A stretch of DNA of 64,000 nucleotides from the human T2T-CHM13v2.0 reference genome, Homo sapiens. The translations under genes were made by a program, and so were the position numbers. Of the stretch, positions 17,426 to 30,658 are shown in pieces. The notes below the pieces were generated by a model. It was not told where the DNA came from, made no database searches, and saw only the letters and a list, made by a program, of their open reading frames with translations. The stretch is taken from the NCBI RefSeq assembly GCF_009914755.1, contig NC_060928.1. One strand, written 5' to 3'. How positions within the stretch are numbered: the first letter of the stretch is position 1; each line of letters starts with the position of its first letter.

Positions 17426-18304
17426 TTATCCTTCACTTTTGAAGCTTAGTTTAGCTGGATATGAAATTCTGGGTTGAAAATTCTTTTCTCTAAGAATGTT
17501 GAAGATTGGCCCCCACTCTCTTCTGGCTTGTAGAGTTTCTGCCGAGAGATCAGCTGTTAGTCTCATGAGCTTCCCTTTGTGGGTAACCCGACCTTTCTCT
17601 CTGGCTGCCCTTAACATTTTTTCCTTCATTTCAACTTTGGTGAATCTGATAATTATGAGTCTTGGAGTTGCTCTTCTCGAGGAGTATCTTTGTGGCGTTC
17701 TCTGTATTTCCTGAATCTGAATGTTGGCCTGCCTTGCTAGATTGGGGAAGTTCTCCTGGATAATATCCTGCAGAGTGTTTTCCAACTTGGTTCCATTCTC
17801 CCCATCACTTTCAGGTACACCAATCAGACGTAGATTTGGTCTTTTCACATAGTCCCATATTTCTTGGAGGCTTTGTTCGTTTCTTTTTATTCTTTTTTCT
17901 CTAAACTTCCCTTCTCGCTTCATTTCATTCATTTCATCTTCCATCACTGATACCCTTTCTTCCAGTTGATTGCATCGGCTCCTGAGGCTTCTGCATTCTT
18001 CACGTAGTTCTCGAGCCTTGGCTTTCAGCTCAATCAGCTCCTTTAAGGACTTCTCTGTGTTGGTTATTCTAGTTATCCATTCATCTAATTTTTTTTCAAA
18101 GTTTTTAACTTCTTTGCCATTGATTTGAATTTCCTCCTGTAGTTTGGAGTAGTCTGATCGTCTGAAGCCTTCTTCTCTCAGCTCGTCAAACTCATTTTCC
18201 GTCCGGCTTTGTTCCGTTGCTGGTGAGGAGCTGCGTTCCTTTGGAGGAGGAGAGGCGCTCTGCTTTTTAGAGTTTCCAGTTTTTCTGCTCTGTTTTTTCC
18301 CCAT
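17426..18304 (-). pseudogene. L1 ORF1 (RNA-binding protein), truncated by a premature stop at 292 aa
   Basis: MGKKQSRKTGNSK...YPAKLSFKSEG*; canonical human ORF1p is 338 aa. Confidence 0.93.
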
Positions 18305-18880
18305 CTTTGTGGTTTTATCTACTTTTGGTCTTTGATGATGGTGATGTACAGAGGGTTTTTGGTGTGGATGTCCTTTCTGTTTGTTAGTTTTCCTTCTAAC
18401 AGACAGGACCCTCAGCTGCAGGTCTGTTGGAGTTTGCTAGAGGTCCACTCCAGACCCTGTTTGCCTGGGTATCAGCAGCAGTGGCTGTAGAACAGCGGAT
18501 CTTGGTGAACTGCAAATGCTGCTGCCTGATTGTTCCTCTGGAAGTTTTGTCTCAGAGGAGTACCCGGCCGTGTGAGGTGTCAGTCTGCCCCTACTGGGGG
18601 GGTGCCTCCCAGTTAGGCTGCTTGGGGGTCAGGGACCCACTTGAGGAGGCAGTCTGCCCATTCTCAGATCTCCAGCTGCATGCTGGGAGAACCACTACTC
18701 TCTTCAAAGCTGTCAGACAGGGATATTTAAGCCTGCAGAGGTTACTGCTGTCTTTTTGTTTGTCTGTGCCCTGCCCCCAGAGGTGGAGCCTACAGAGGCA
18801 GGCAGGCCTCCTTGAGCTGTGGTGGGCTCCACCCAGTTCAAGCTTCCCAGCTGCTTTGTTTACATAATCAAGCCTGGGCA

Positions 18881-19354
18881 ATGGCAGGAGGCCCTCCCCC
18901 AGCCTCTCTGCTGCCTTGCAGTTTGATCTCAGACTGCTGTGCTAGCAATCAGCGAGACTCCGTGGGCATAGGACCCTCCGAGCCATGTGTGGGATATAAT
19001 CTCCTGGTGTGCCATTTTTTAAGCCCGTTGGAAAAGCACAGTATTAGGGTAGAAGTGATCCAATTTTCCAGGTGCTGTCTGTCACCGCTTTCTTTGACTA
19101 GGAAAGGGAACTCCCTGACTCCTTGCACTTCCCGTGTGAGGCAATGCCTCGCCCTGCTTCGGCTCACACCTGGTGCGCTGCACTCAGTGACCTGCACCCA
19201 CTGTCTGGCACTCCCTAGTGAGATGAACCCGGTACCTCAGATGGAAATGCAGAAATCACCCATCTTCTGCATTGCTCAGGCTGGGAGCTGTAGACCGGAG
19301 CTGTTCCTATTCAGCCATCTTGGCTCCACCCCTGACCTTGATCTTAAAGGGTAA
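18881..19354 (+). CDS. L1 ORF0 homolog (antisense-promoter ORF), extended to 157 aa; expression unverified
   Basis: MAGGPPPASLLPCSLISDCCASNQRDSVGIGPSEP... matches the primate L1 ORF0 N-terminus. ATG context gcaATGG. The frame stays open past the L1 5' end. Confidence 0.55.
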   Translation: MAGGPPPASLLPCSLISDCCASNQRDSVGIGPSEPCVGYNLLVCHFLSPLEKHSIRVEVIQFSRCCLSPLSLTRKGNSLTPCTSRVRQCLALLRLTPGALHSVTCTHCLALPSEMNPVPQMEMQKSPIFCIAQAGSCRPELFLFSHLGSTPDLDLKG

Positions 19355-19785
19355 GATCTAAATAGGTGAAAAAGAAGATATTCAGGAACACTGCCATGAG
19401 TCCAAAAAAGGGAGGTAGAAACATCAATAACCTTTCAGGGCTCATAAGCTAGTCTATATGGGGAATTAGTAAAGGCACATTGGTTAAGAACACGTGTTCT
19501 GGAATCAGACGGATCTGCATCTGAATCCCATTTCCACCACTTACTGGTTCCATGATATCCAAGCAATTTATTCCTCTATGCTTTAGCTTCCTAAACTATA
19601 AAATCATGATAATATTAGAACTTATTTAATGGAGTTTTATGAAGATAAAGTGAAACAAGGCATGCAAAGTGCTTAGCCTGGTACCTAAAACATATTAAAT
19701 GCTCTAAAACATGAAGAAAAAAAAAAGCAACTACTGACCAACATGAAAGGAGTCAATGTAACGGACTATTAAGTTTTAAAACTGG

Positions 19786-20390
19786 GTTGTGGACCTAAGT
19801 GTCCATCAACAGATGATGGATAATGAAAATGTGGTATATATACATAATGGGATATTATTCAGCCTTTTAAAGGAAAGAAACTCTGGCATTTGTGACAACA
19901 TGGATGAACCTAGACAGCATTATGCTATGTGAAATAAGCCAGGCACAGAGAGACAACTACTGCAAGATCCTTTTTATATGTAGGATGTGAAGTAGCCAAA
20001 CTCATAGAAGTAGAGAGTCGAGTGGGGAGTACCAGGGTCTGGGGAAAAATGGAGAGATGTTGGCCAAAAAATGTGAGGTTTCTTACACTTCTCTTTGTTG
20101 AAGGACCAAGCAAGTGACTGAAACAAATAAGAATTAAAAAATAAGTTCCAGAGATCTGTCGTACAGCATGGTGACTATAGTTAGTAATAATGTGTTGTAC
20201 ACTTAAAAATTGCTAAGAGAGTAGATTTTAAATGTTCTCACCACAAAAAAATGCTAGCATATAAGATGATGATTATGTTAATTGGTTTGATTTAATCATT
20301 TCACAATGTATACATATATCAAAAAACCACATTGTACACCATAAATATGTACAACTTTTATTTCTCAATTAAAAATAAATAAATAAATAT
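19786..20390 (+). mobile_element. Old L1 (L1MA-type) 3' end
   Basis: acctaagtgtccatcaacagatga...gcatggtgactatagtta...aatgttctcaccaca, followed by an A-rich tail. Confidence 0.8.
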
Positions 20391-20391
20391 A

Positions 20392-20695
20392 GGCTGGGCA
20401 CTGTGGCTCATGCCTGTAATCCCAGCACTTTGAGCGGCCGAGGTGAAAGTATGCTTGATCCCAGGAATTCGAGACCAGCCTGGGCAACATAGTGAAACCC
20501 TGTCTCTACAAAAAATATAAAAATTTATCCAGGTGTGGTGGCATGTGCCTGTAGTCCCAGCTACTCAGGAGGCTGAGGTAGGAGGATTGCTTGAGCCCAG
20601 GAGGTCAAGGCTGCAGTGAGCCGAGATCACACACTGGTTACTCCAGCCTGGGTGACACAGTGAGACCTTGTTACAAAAATAAATAAAAATAAAGA
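20392..20695 (+). mobile_element. AluJ
   Basis: Dimeric Alu with J-type ggaggattgcttgagcccaggagg. Confidence 0.9.
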
Positions 20696-21635
20696 AATTT
20701 TTAAAAAATAAAGACCCACTCAAAAAACAGAAAAGTATATTGAGACCAGTTGGGGACACTTTGACAATAAGGCTGAAGTGTCACAAAGGAAGTTATTAAA
20801 AATGTGTTATCTAGATGTGAATACAGATTAGAATCACAGTTGAGGCAGTAGGAATGGAAATAAGGTGTGAAATGGAAATGCTGTTAAGAAGAAATACAAC
20901 TGCCCTTAATTTAGGATTTTTATTTCTTGGCTGCACTACCAGCATAAATCAATAAAACTGACTGTTACCACACCAGTAAGTAGGAATAAAATGTGATAGT
21001 TGGATAGTCAAGAAAAGAGTTTTGTCATAATTTGAGACAGATGCTAGAAATGTATAAGTACAAAATCCGTGGCTAGAAATGTATAAATATGAAACCTCAG
21101 CCACTTTATGTGTTGGGAAATATGTGCATTTATTCAATAAATGCTTACTGAATGTGAACTCGTGATTATGACATCTCACTCATCTGAGAATTACTTATCC
21201 TAGACCCTCAAAAACTTTGATTCTTCAAAACCTAGGCATTAAAAAAAAGAAAAACATCTCGTCTTGTTTTAGGCCCTCATTCAGAGCTTATTTGCTTACT
21301 TTCACATAGAAATGTAATATGTCCAAGTAGCCGTGTTTTTGGCCACAGCAGGTTCAAGTTACAAAATAGAAATGGGAATTAGAATAGTGAGACTACAGAG
21401 GCAGACAAATTAATGATAGTAGAAGTGACAGCTGGTAGAAAATTGTAATGAAAACTATAAAAAGTTGGCAAGAGTCTGTGATAAATTTTTAGGACAAAAA
21501 TGCCCTCAAAGGGCCCTACAGGTATCACCGTATTGTTCAATATGGGAACCCCAGTTTACAACTAGAGGTTAATGTTATGTTCAACAGATTTCCAAAACTT
21601 CAAAAGTAAAGCTAAACACAAAAATTATATCAGAT

Positions 21636-21934
21636 GGCTAGGTGCTATGGCTCACATCTGTATTCCCAGCACACTGGGAGGCTGAAGCAGGAGGATCACT
21701 TGAACCCAGGAGTTTGAGACCAGCCTAGACAACATAGCAAGACCCTGCCTCTACAAAAATAAAAATTAAAAAATAGCCATAAGTGGTGGAATGATGCTGA
21801 AGTCCCAGCTGCTTGGGAGGCTGGGGTGGGAGGATCACCTGAGCCCAGGGGTTTGAGGCTGCAGTGAGCTCTGATCATGCCACTGCACTCCAGCCTGGAC
21901 AATAGAGCAAGATCCTTTCTCTTAAAAAATAACA
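21636..21934 (+). mobile_element. AluJ
   Basis: Diverged dimeric Alu with TSD atatcaga. Confidence 0.88.
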
Positions 21935-22329
21935 ATATCAGAGACACCAGTATGGAAATTTTTTGACAAGTTTTGTTAAAAAGGAGAGATAAGAAATGGC
22001 GATATAAGTGGATAATTGATAATTGAATCAATAAAATATTTTTGTTTTATTTTGTCCTGTTTTAAGAAGGGATACACAACAGCATGTTTTCAGGGGCTAA
22101 GCCAGAAAAAGAGGTAAACATTGATGATGCTTAAGAGAGAAATGGAGAATTGCTAAAATGTGTCCTGAGTAGGAGAGAGGGGATGGAACTGGAAGCTCAG
22201 GTGAAGGACTGATACGGGACAGAGGCAAAGACAGCTCATCCATAACAACAGCAAGGAAGCAGAGACAGGAGGGTGACCCGTGGAGAGATGCACTGTGGGG
22301 ATTTGTGCAGGTACGGGGTAGGCCACCTT

Positions 22330-22632
22330 CTGGAATGTCTTATTATCTACTTTCAGACAAGTTAGGTCAGAGGATTTCTTTATGGCTAGCTCTTACACAG
22401 AAAGGCAGGGGAAGGTTAGAGTCATATTTCTAGGTTTTATGACTGATTTAGGGGGAAAGGGATTCTAGTTTCTATGGCCTGCCTTGGGGGAAGAAGTGGA
22501 ACAGGAGAAAAAAGGGCAGGAGAAGGCCAGAGAGAGACTTTACTTCTGAGCCCCTTCTAATGTCCTCCAGTTCAAAGTACTCAGCATGCTAAAGTGCCAT
22601 ACTTTGGGATATCGCTTTCTAAGCCCGAAAAA
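22330..22632 (-). mobile_element. ERV1 LTR fragment (MER31-like)
   Basis: Reverse complement reads ...gatatcccaaagtatggcactttagcatgctgagtactttgaact, typical of the MER31/MER39-group LTR 5' end. Confidence 0.6.
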
Positions 22633-22676
22633 TGGCATTGAATGGTTTCCTACTGATTATTCGCCAATGCTTTGTT

Positions 22677-22889
22677 CGGGGTTTTTCATCCTGGGCACCG
22701 CTGACATTTTTGGACAGATAAATCTTTGTTTGGGGGAACTGCCCTGTGCATTGAAGAATTCTTAGCAGCATCCTTGCACTCTACCTACTAGATGCCAGTA
22801 GCAACCCCCAAGTTGTGACAATCAAAAATGTCTCCAAACATTGCCAAATGTCCCCTGGGTCCAAAATAATCCCCAATTAAGAACCACTA
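22677..22889 (+). mobile_element. MER20 hAT-Charlie DNA transposon
   Basis: gcagcatccttgcactctacctactagatgccagtagca...tgtgacaatcaaaaatgtctccaaacattgccaaatgtcccct...gaaccact. Confidence 0.85.
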
Positions 22890-24527
22890 GCTTAGTCCCA
22901 CCTTGTTACAAAATATCTAGAGAAAACTAATATTACAATTCAATGATTTTTTCTCTATAGCTAAGAAACCGTATTTTTACACTCTTGAATTATCTGTAAA
23001 TAACGTCAGAGTTTTTTTTTATTATTAAAAGAATACTCACTCTTTAAAAGCAAGTCAAATTTTTCCTAAGTATATAAACTGAAAAGTAAAATCCCCACTT
23101 TCTTCTGCCATTTTTGGTCCAAATTCCCAAAGACGACCACTGCTAGCAGTTTCATGTTAACATACCATAATTTTATAAACACAAGCATATATGTCTTTTA
23201 TCTTATACAAATAAAAGCAAACTATATATTTTTCAACATACTTTGTAACTTAATGATATGCCTTGAACAACTTATTATATCAGTGGATATAGATCTACTT
23301 CATTTTTTCAAATTGTTTAACTGGTTTTCAAATTGTGTTTGTGTGTGGTTTCCTTTTTTGTTTTCTTTTGTGTTTTGTTGTTTAATTTTACTTCCTAACC
23401 AGACATTTTAGCAAATTATTTACACACTTTTGAGACTGGGGGCAATGATGTAAAAAAAAAAAATAGGTGTATTGAATATTTTTCATGGATCGTAAAAGGA
23501 CTTCAAATGCTGGAAATAAGTCATAGAGTATAATTAAACTCTTAGTGCTTGAAAAAGTCATAGCTGTGCGGAAACATTATAAACATTTTAAGTAGAAATG
23601 ATAGATATTTTAATCTGCTCCGCTATTGTAACCATGTCACTAGCTATATGTATCTCATAATATCATGTTGTAAAGCTTAAATAAACACAATACTTTAAAA
23701 AAATAAAGTAAATCTGATGCTTGGCAGAAAATATTTTAATTAATTTATCAATTACACTCTTACTTTATTTTAAATTTAAGTAAACAAAACTACCTTTAAT
23801 GCAGTGACTGCATTGATTTCAGAGCAATGATATTAAAATTTTCCATATTAACATTTAATGTTGTTACAGAATGGGGGTTATAATTTTACTGAGTTATTGT
23901 TTACATGAGTTCCCTAGATACAAATTGTAAGTATTTTTGCATTTCTGTCAAAAATCTGTAAGAGAGTAAAAAACTTAGTTTATTCCACTCCAATAAGTCA
24001 CTAAGAACTTAGTTCCCAAGAAATGTGTATTGAAACGCTTAAGGTTTTAGTTCTGAGACAGGAATTCATGATTTGAATATAACTCAGGTCAAATTATGTT
24101 TCCTCCCAAAAATGATAACCAGCCGTAGCATAGTCACCTTACTGTATGAAAAGGGTGCAATTTACTCAAAAGCACATTATAAAAATATTTCCCTGTACTT
24201 GCTCTCTGGCTTTGGTCTTTGAATTACATTGGGACCCAAATAATGTCAAAGAGAAAGGTGCAATAGCCGCACACAGGTTACAGCATTTTTTCCTTCTCTG
24301 TGCACCACTCACACAGACCCCACGAAATGCATACAATGCACACAATTTTATGGTCATAGGAGAATGATTCATTCTTAGAAAAAAGATTCCACTGATATCC
24401 ACTCAATACTTGTGTCTCACTTGGCAATTGGCATACGTGACTGTTCCTCTATTTTTCCATCTACCTAATTTCAAAGGATTTCCAGAAGGAAAAGAAGATT
24501 TAAATGCTTCATTTCAAATATTTCTGA

Positions 24528-25965
24528 GTTTTGACAAAGGTGCCAAGACCACACATTGGAGAAAATACAGTCTTTTCAATAAATGGTTCTGGGAAAATAA
24601 AATATCCACATGTAGAAGAATGAGATTACACCCCTCCCTCTTGCAATATACAAAAACCAACTCAAAATGAATTCAAGACTTAAATGTAAGATGCAAAACT
24701 ATGAAACTACTAGAAGAAAACATAAGGGGAATACTTCACCACATTGGGCTTGGCAAAGATTTTTTAAATAACACCTCTTAAATACAGGCAACAAAAGCAA
24801 AAATAGACAAATGGATTATATCAAACTGAAAAGTTTTTGCACAGCAAAGGAAACTATTAACAGAGTGAAAAGACAACCTACAGAAAGGGAGAAAATATTT
24901 GCAAACTGTACATTTGACAAGGAGTTGATATCCAAAATACATAAGAAACTTAACAGCAAAAAAAAAAAAAAAATTGAAAAATGGACAAAAGACCTTAATG
25001 GATGTTTCTCAAAGAAAGACCTACAAATGGCCAACAGATATATGAAAAAATACTCAACATCACTAATTATCAGGGAAATGCAAATCAAACCACAATGAGA
25101 TATCATCTCACTCCAGTTAGAATGGCTATTATCAAAAAACCAGAAGAAAACTAGTATTGGCGAGGATGTGGAGAAATGGGAACCCTTACACACTGCTGGT
25201 AGGAAATTAGTGCAGCCATTATGGAAAACTATGGAGATTCCTCAAAACATTAAAAATGAAACTACCATATGATCCAGCAATCCTACTCCTGGGTATATAT
25301 TCAAAGGAAATAAAATCAGTATGTTGAAGAGATATCTGCACTCTTATATTTACTGCAGCACCATTTGCAATAACCAGGGTGAGGAATCAACCTAAGTCTC
25401 AGACAACAGAATAATGGATAAAAGAAAATGTGGTATATGCATATAAAGATATACAGTTCAGCCACACATATATTCAGCCATAAAAAAGAATTAAATCTTA
25501 TCATTTGTGACAACATGGATGAACCTAGTGGACATTATGATAAGTAAAATAAGCCAGACACAGAAAGACAAATTCTGCATGATCGCATTCATATGTGAAA
25601 TATTTTAAAAAGGTGATACCATAATATCATAGATACAGAGTAGAACAGTGGTGACCAGAGCAGAGAGAAGGATGGGGAGAAGTTGGTCAAAGGATACAAA
25701 GTTACAATTACATAGAAGGAATAAATTATAGTGTTCTATTACACAGTAGAGTGACTATGGTTAACAGTAAATTATTATACATTATGAAATAGCCAGAAGA
25801 GAGGCTTTTGAATGTTCTCACCACAAAGAAATGATAAATACATGAGATGATGGATACACTAACTACCCTAATTGAATCATTGTATAACATAGATATATAT
25901 GGAAAAATCAAATTGTATCCTTAAAATATGTATAATTACAATATGTATGTATCAATTTTTAAAGT
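24528..25965 (+). mobile_element. Old L1 (L1MA-type) 3' portion of ORF2 plus 3'UTR
   Basis: ORFs 24410..24670 and 24811..25098 give FDKGAK...SLFNKW and [24 protein letters not shown]; an L1MA-like 3'UTR follows. Confidence 0.85.
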
Positions 25966-26229
25966 AAATAATTTTTCAGTATTTCTGCTGTTGGGATTTA
26001 AATGTTTAAGCATGTTTCCAAGTTGCTCTCAAATTTTTAACTAATAATTTAGGTTTGTATGTGTTGGAGTAGTTTTTCAGTTAGGAAATTTTTTTAATTG
26101 ATAAATTCCTTAAAGTATCAGTTTGTTTGTTTGTTTAGAGACAGAGTCTCTTCTGTCACCTAAGTTGGAGTAGTTTTTCAGTTAGAAAATTTTTTAATTA
26201 ATTGATAAATTCCTTTAAGTATGAGTGTA

Positions 26230-26392
26230 TTTGTTTGTTTGGAGGCAGGGTCTCCTCTGTCACCTAGGCTGGAGGGCAGTAGTGCAGTTGTGACCATCAG
26301 AGTTCACTGCAGCCTCAAATTCCTGGGCTCCAAGGAATCCTCCAGCCTCAGACTCCCAAAGCTGGGCTTACAGGCGTAAGCCACTGCGCCCA
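26230..26392 (-). mobile_element. Alu monomer/AluJ fragment whose 3' end lies in a ~101-bp tandem duplication
   Basis: gtctcctctgtcacctaggctggag...ttacaggcgtaagccactgcgccc. Confidence 0.75.
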
Positions 26393-27890
26393 ACCTATGA
26401 ATGGTTTTTACACAAGATGAGAATATTCAAATTAAAAACTGTAATTCAAAAAAAGTCTAATTTTAAGTATCACTAAAAGCGAGATGCATTTATATCCACA
26501 TTAAGTGTTAAGTTAATCCATGCTAAAAGAGCCAAATGCCTCATCATTGTCATGGAGTCACCTTCACTGACTCCACTGCTTCACTGGAGCTCCAGTAGGT
26601 GTTTCAATTCCATTCTGAGTTTCTTTTGCTACTCGATCTCTGTTAAAATTATTAATGTCCTGCTCCCAGTGCCTTAGAAACTCCTAGTGCATAGATATAT
26701 TCAGATATATTAAATATTTCATTGATTTGATCAGAAAGCCTTCAAAACATCTTGAGAAATATATCTACTAAGCCACACATTTTTCCTACAAGGTAAGCCT
26801 ACTAATACCTGCATTACATACCATTTTGTTAAACTTTTCTATCTCACCTGTTTGTTCTTGATCTGAGAAGGAACTTGTTCTCACCTTTAGGAGTAAATAA
26901 GTTTACTTTTTAAATAAGCAGGAAAAATTATTCAAATGAAGCCATCACCTTCCTCATTGGTGTCCTCATTCTGTGTGCTCTAATGCTTGGTGCATACATT
27001 TGCAAATGCACACACAGCCGGGAGGAACACAGAAACAGTGGCAGGTAGTTGCTTCCTCCAATTAAACTTCATATCAGCAAATCATTGAGCCTTCCTTATT
27101 CATAGCCAAACAACACACAGTCATCTAAACAGAGATTCTCAGTAGAGAGTAGCCTATTGGAATTGAGCAATGGGTAGAGTAGGGCACATGTGGTTTGGCA
27201 TAGCATATTCAATATTTTAATATAAATATATGTTTGGGAAAACCATTCCTCATTCTTTCCTTAATAACTACAAAAAAATAAAGCTGAACCAAATGTTCTT
27301 GGTTGGTGGGGAGCCACAAAAGATATATAGTCTTAAGCAAGGTATATATTCACCCCTATGAGAAATATATCAAAACCTTAGGGAAGTTGTATAAAATACA
27401 TTTGATAATCAAAACTTAACATAGATTTTGAAGGCCTGAGAAATCCTGAATTGATATAAATTCTAAACGAGGCTGCTGCTGGTCATGTATAGAAAAAATA
27501 GCTTTTGGGTACAGAAAAGCTGTAGACATGAAAGAGTGTAATTGAAGAAGCAAGCTAAGTGATCAGTATTTTTAAAACTACTCAGTACATTCAAATAATA
27601 TATTTATTATAGAATCAATCAACAATACAACCAAATATGAACACAAAAATTTTAAGTGACAGCTGTCGTAATATTAGCCTCAACAGATTTTGAAATCTCA
27701 CTCTTCATTTAAACAAAGCTGGAAAGATGCTTATTCAAGATCTGTGTTTACAAAAAAAGGTTAATCTGGTTGCATAAGTTAAAATGTTGACCACTTACAC
27801 TGTGTTAAAATTTTTACATATTTAACAAAGTTATATGTGCCTTTACTATCATATTTTTAGTTTGAAATGTATTTTGAAAAATAAAATTCT

Positions 27891-28118
<228 letters not shown>

Positions 28119-29247
28119 TTAATACCATTAGATGAATGTAACCACTTATTTTCCAGATGATGAAACTTAAGCTCAAAAAATTTACTGAAGGTCACAGATC
28201 TAGAAAGGTGACAAATAAAGGCTAGACCCCCCTGCCCCGCTGCATTGATTCCCAATACTGAGCTTTTTTCCCCTATATCAGGAATAGATGTGATTTAAAA
28301 AATTTTTTCATATACCTATTACTTATCCAATATTAAGACAAGCATCCGTGAGTTATAATTTTATGGTTGATGTATTTACGACAAAAAAGCCACTTTTTTC
28401 TACTTTAATGTGAAGCACAAGATGGTATCACGCAAACTAGGAAGGTAGAAATTCTTCATAGAATTGCAGTTGTCTTTTCAATGGCAAATTGGTATCTTTA
28501 CACAATTCTACAATAATTTTTCTGTTAAGTACTTCTGACTGTTGCACTGATATTAGTGAATTTCCATAAGCTTGATAGGTGAAATCAAACTATTTAACCT
28601 TAGGTCAGAGAAACATCAGAACTATGAATATACATTCATGTAACACCAAGTTATAAAATGTTTACAAGTTATTTTACTCAGTAAGGACTTCTTTCCCAAA
28701 GAGTAAAGACAACTTCTATTCTCCTATTCCAGGAAAGTTTACATAATGTCTGCAGGAAGAAAAAGGATGGAAAGCTTTCCTCTGGCTTTTTCTCCTTCAG
28801 CTGCATGGATGTGACTAACCCAGGTAGCTGCAGGTAATGAAGCTGGCAGGCTGCCTGAGACCATCCTATTACACTGAGCACATCACATAAAGTATTGTCT
28901 ACATATCAGTCCCAACAATATCTCCACACCATAAGCCATCTTTTTACTTCCCAGACATTTCTCTTGGGGCTTCCAGTAGACTGAGTCCCAGAGAAAGATT
29001 TGATAGCTCAGGGATGATTTTTTTCCCAATCAGCCCAACAGGGACCACTCATCCCACCAAGCCTGAAGGCATTTGTATGGCAGTTCACACCTGAGGCTCA
29101 GATAGCATGGACTCCTTCTATTGCTGTCCCTACATGCCCCATCAGTCTTTCACTTACTCCTTCAATCACCCTTTCAAGTAAATTGCCAACATGAGCTTTT
29201 TCATGTCTGGAATGACTCTGCAGAAAGGACACTTCGGAGTTTCTCGA

Positions 29248-29722
29248 TGTATCAGTTAGGAATTCACTTTCTTGCAACAAAAGAAAACCTGACCCGGCAT
29301 GGCCTAAACAAAGAAGCGTTTATTTTTCTCACCTAAAGAGGAGTCTGAGTAGCCTGATGATTCCCGGGTTGGCATTTTGTAGGTATCTGTGGGTTTCCTT
29401 GGTCTTGCCAGCACGTGTGTTGCCTCATAGATGCAAAACTGTTGCTGCAGTTTCACACGATCATCCCATCATGTTCAAGGCAGAAAGAAAGTGGAAGACA
29501 ACAGCCCCATCCATCTCTTGTGTCAAGAAAGCTAGCACCTCCAGGACTTCCTCAGCAGATGTCTGCCCACGTCTCACTGGTCGGAACTGTGCCCCTTAGA
29601 CACCAAGAAGCCGGCCAGCTGGGAAAGAAAGTATTTTGCTTTCCAACTTCTTTAACGGAAGGGCAGCAAGAGAGAAGGGTTTTGGGAATCACTGTTGAAT
29701 CAACAAACGAACAGTGTTTATT
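29248..29722 (-). mobile_element. Old ERVL LTR (LTR33-like)
   Basis: tgtatcagttaggaatt...gcctaaacaaagaag...tttatttttctcac; same family signature as 11546. Confidence 0.55.
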
Positions 29723-29984
29723 ATACTTGGGTTTAAAATTAATAATGCATTTATTATAGTAACAAATTCAAAAACCGTGTTTGCCTTCAGCCTTTAACTT
29801 CAATTTACAAACCTATTTTCTACTTATAAATCTTGTAAAATAAAACCAATCTCCTTCACTTTTTAGTTTATAAATGTTTAACTCAAGTTGAAAAAATTGA
29901 ACTTAACCAGTCTCATTCAAGACAAAGAATAATGAACTGTTTTAAACAGCATCTTAAATGTAATGATTAATTTTATTTGAAATA

Positions 29985-30340
29985 CAAGTGGATTATCCCT
30001 AATCTGAAATTTTGAAATCCGAAATGTTTCAAACTCTGAAACTTCTTGAGCACTCACAAGATGCCACAGTGGAAAATTCCACACCTGACCTAATGTAATT
30101 GGTTGCAGCCAAAATGCAGTCAAAATTGTTTCATGCATAAAATCATTTTAATATTGTATAAACTTACTATCAGGCCATGTGTATAAAGTATATATGAAAC
30201 AAATAAATTTTGTGTTTAGATTTGGATTTCATTTTCCAAAATATCTGAGAATGCATTTGCAAATATTCCAAAATCTGAAAAAATCTGAAATCTAAAACTC
30301 TTATGTTTCCAAGCATTTTGAATAAGAAATACACAATCTG
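29985..30340 (+). mobile_element. Tigger4 (Zombi)-type TcMar DNA transposon
   Basis: tatccctaatctgaaattttgaaatccgaaatg...gtggaaaattccacacctgacc, with a TIR-like end aatctgta. Confidence 0.75.
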
Positions 30341-30342
30341 TA

Positions 30343-30658
30343 TTTTTTTCTTTTTTTCTTTTTTTTTTTTTTTTTTGAGACAGAGTCTCACTCTGTCACC
30401 CAGGCTGGAGTGCAGTGGTGTGATCTCGTCTGACTGCAACCTCCACCTCCCGGGTTCAAGTGATTCTTGTGCATCAGTCTCCTGAGTAGCCAGGATTACA
30501 GGCGTGTGCTACCATGCTCGGCTAATTTTTGTATTATTAGTAGGGACAGGGTTTCACCATGTTGGCCAGGCTGGTCTAGAACTCCTGACCTCAAGTGATC
30601 TGCCCACATCGGCCTCCCAAAGTGCTGGGATTACAGGTGTGAGCCACTGCACCCGGCC
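30343..30658 (-). mobile_element. AluS
   Basis: Full reverse Alu with TSD caa(t/c)ctgtatttt. Confidence 0.92.
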
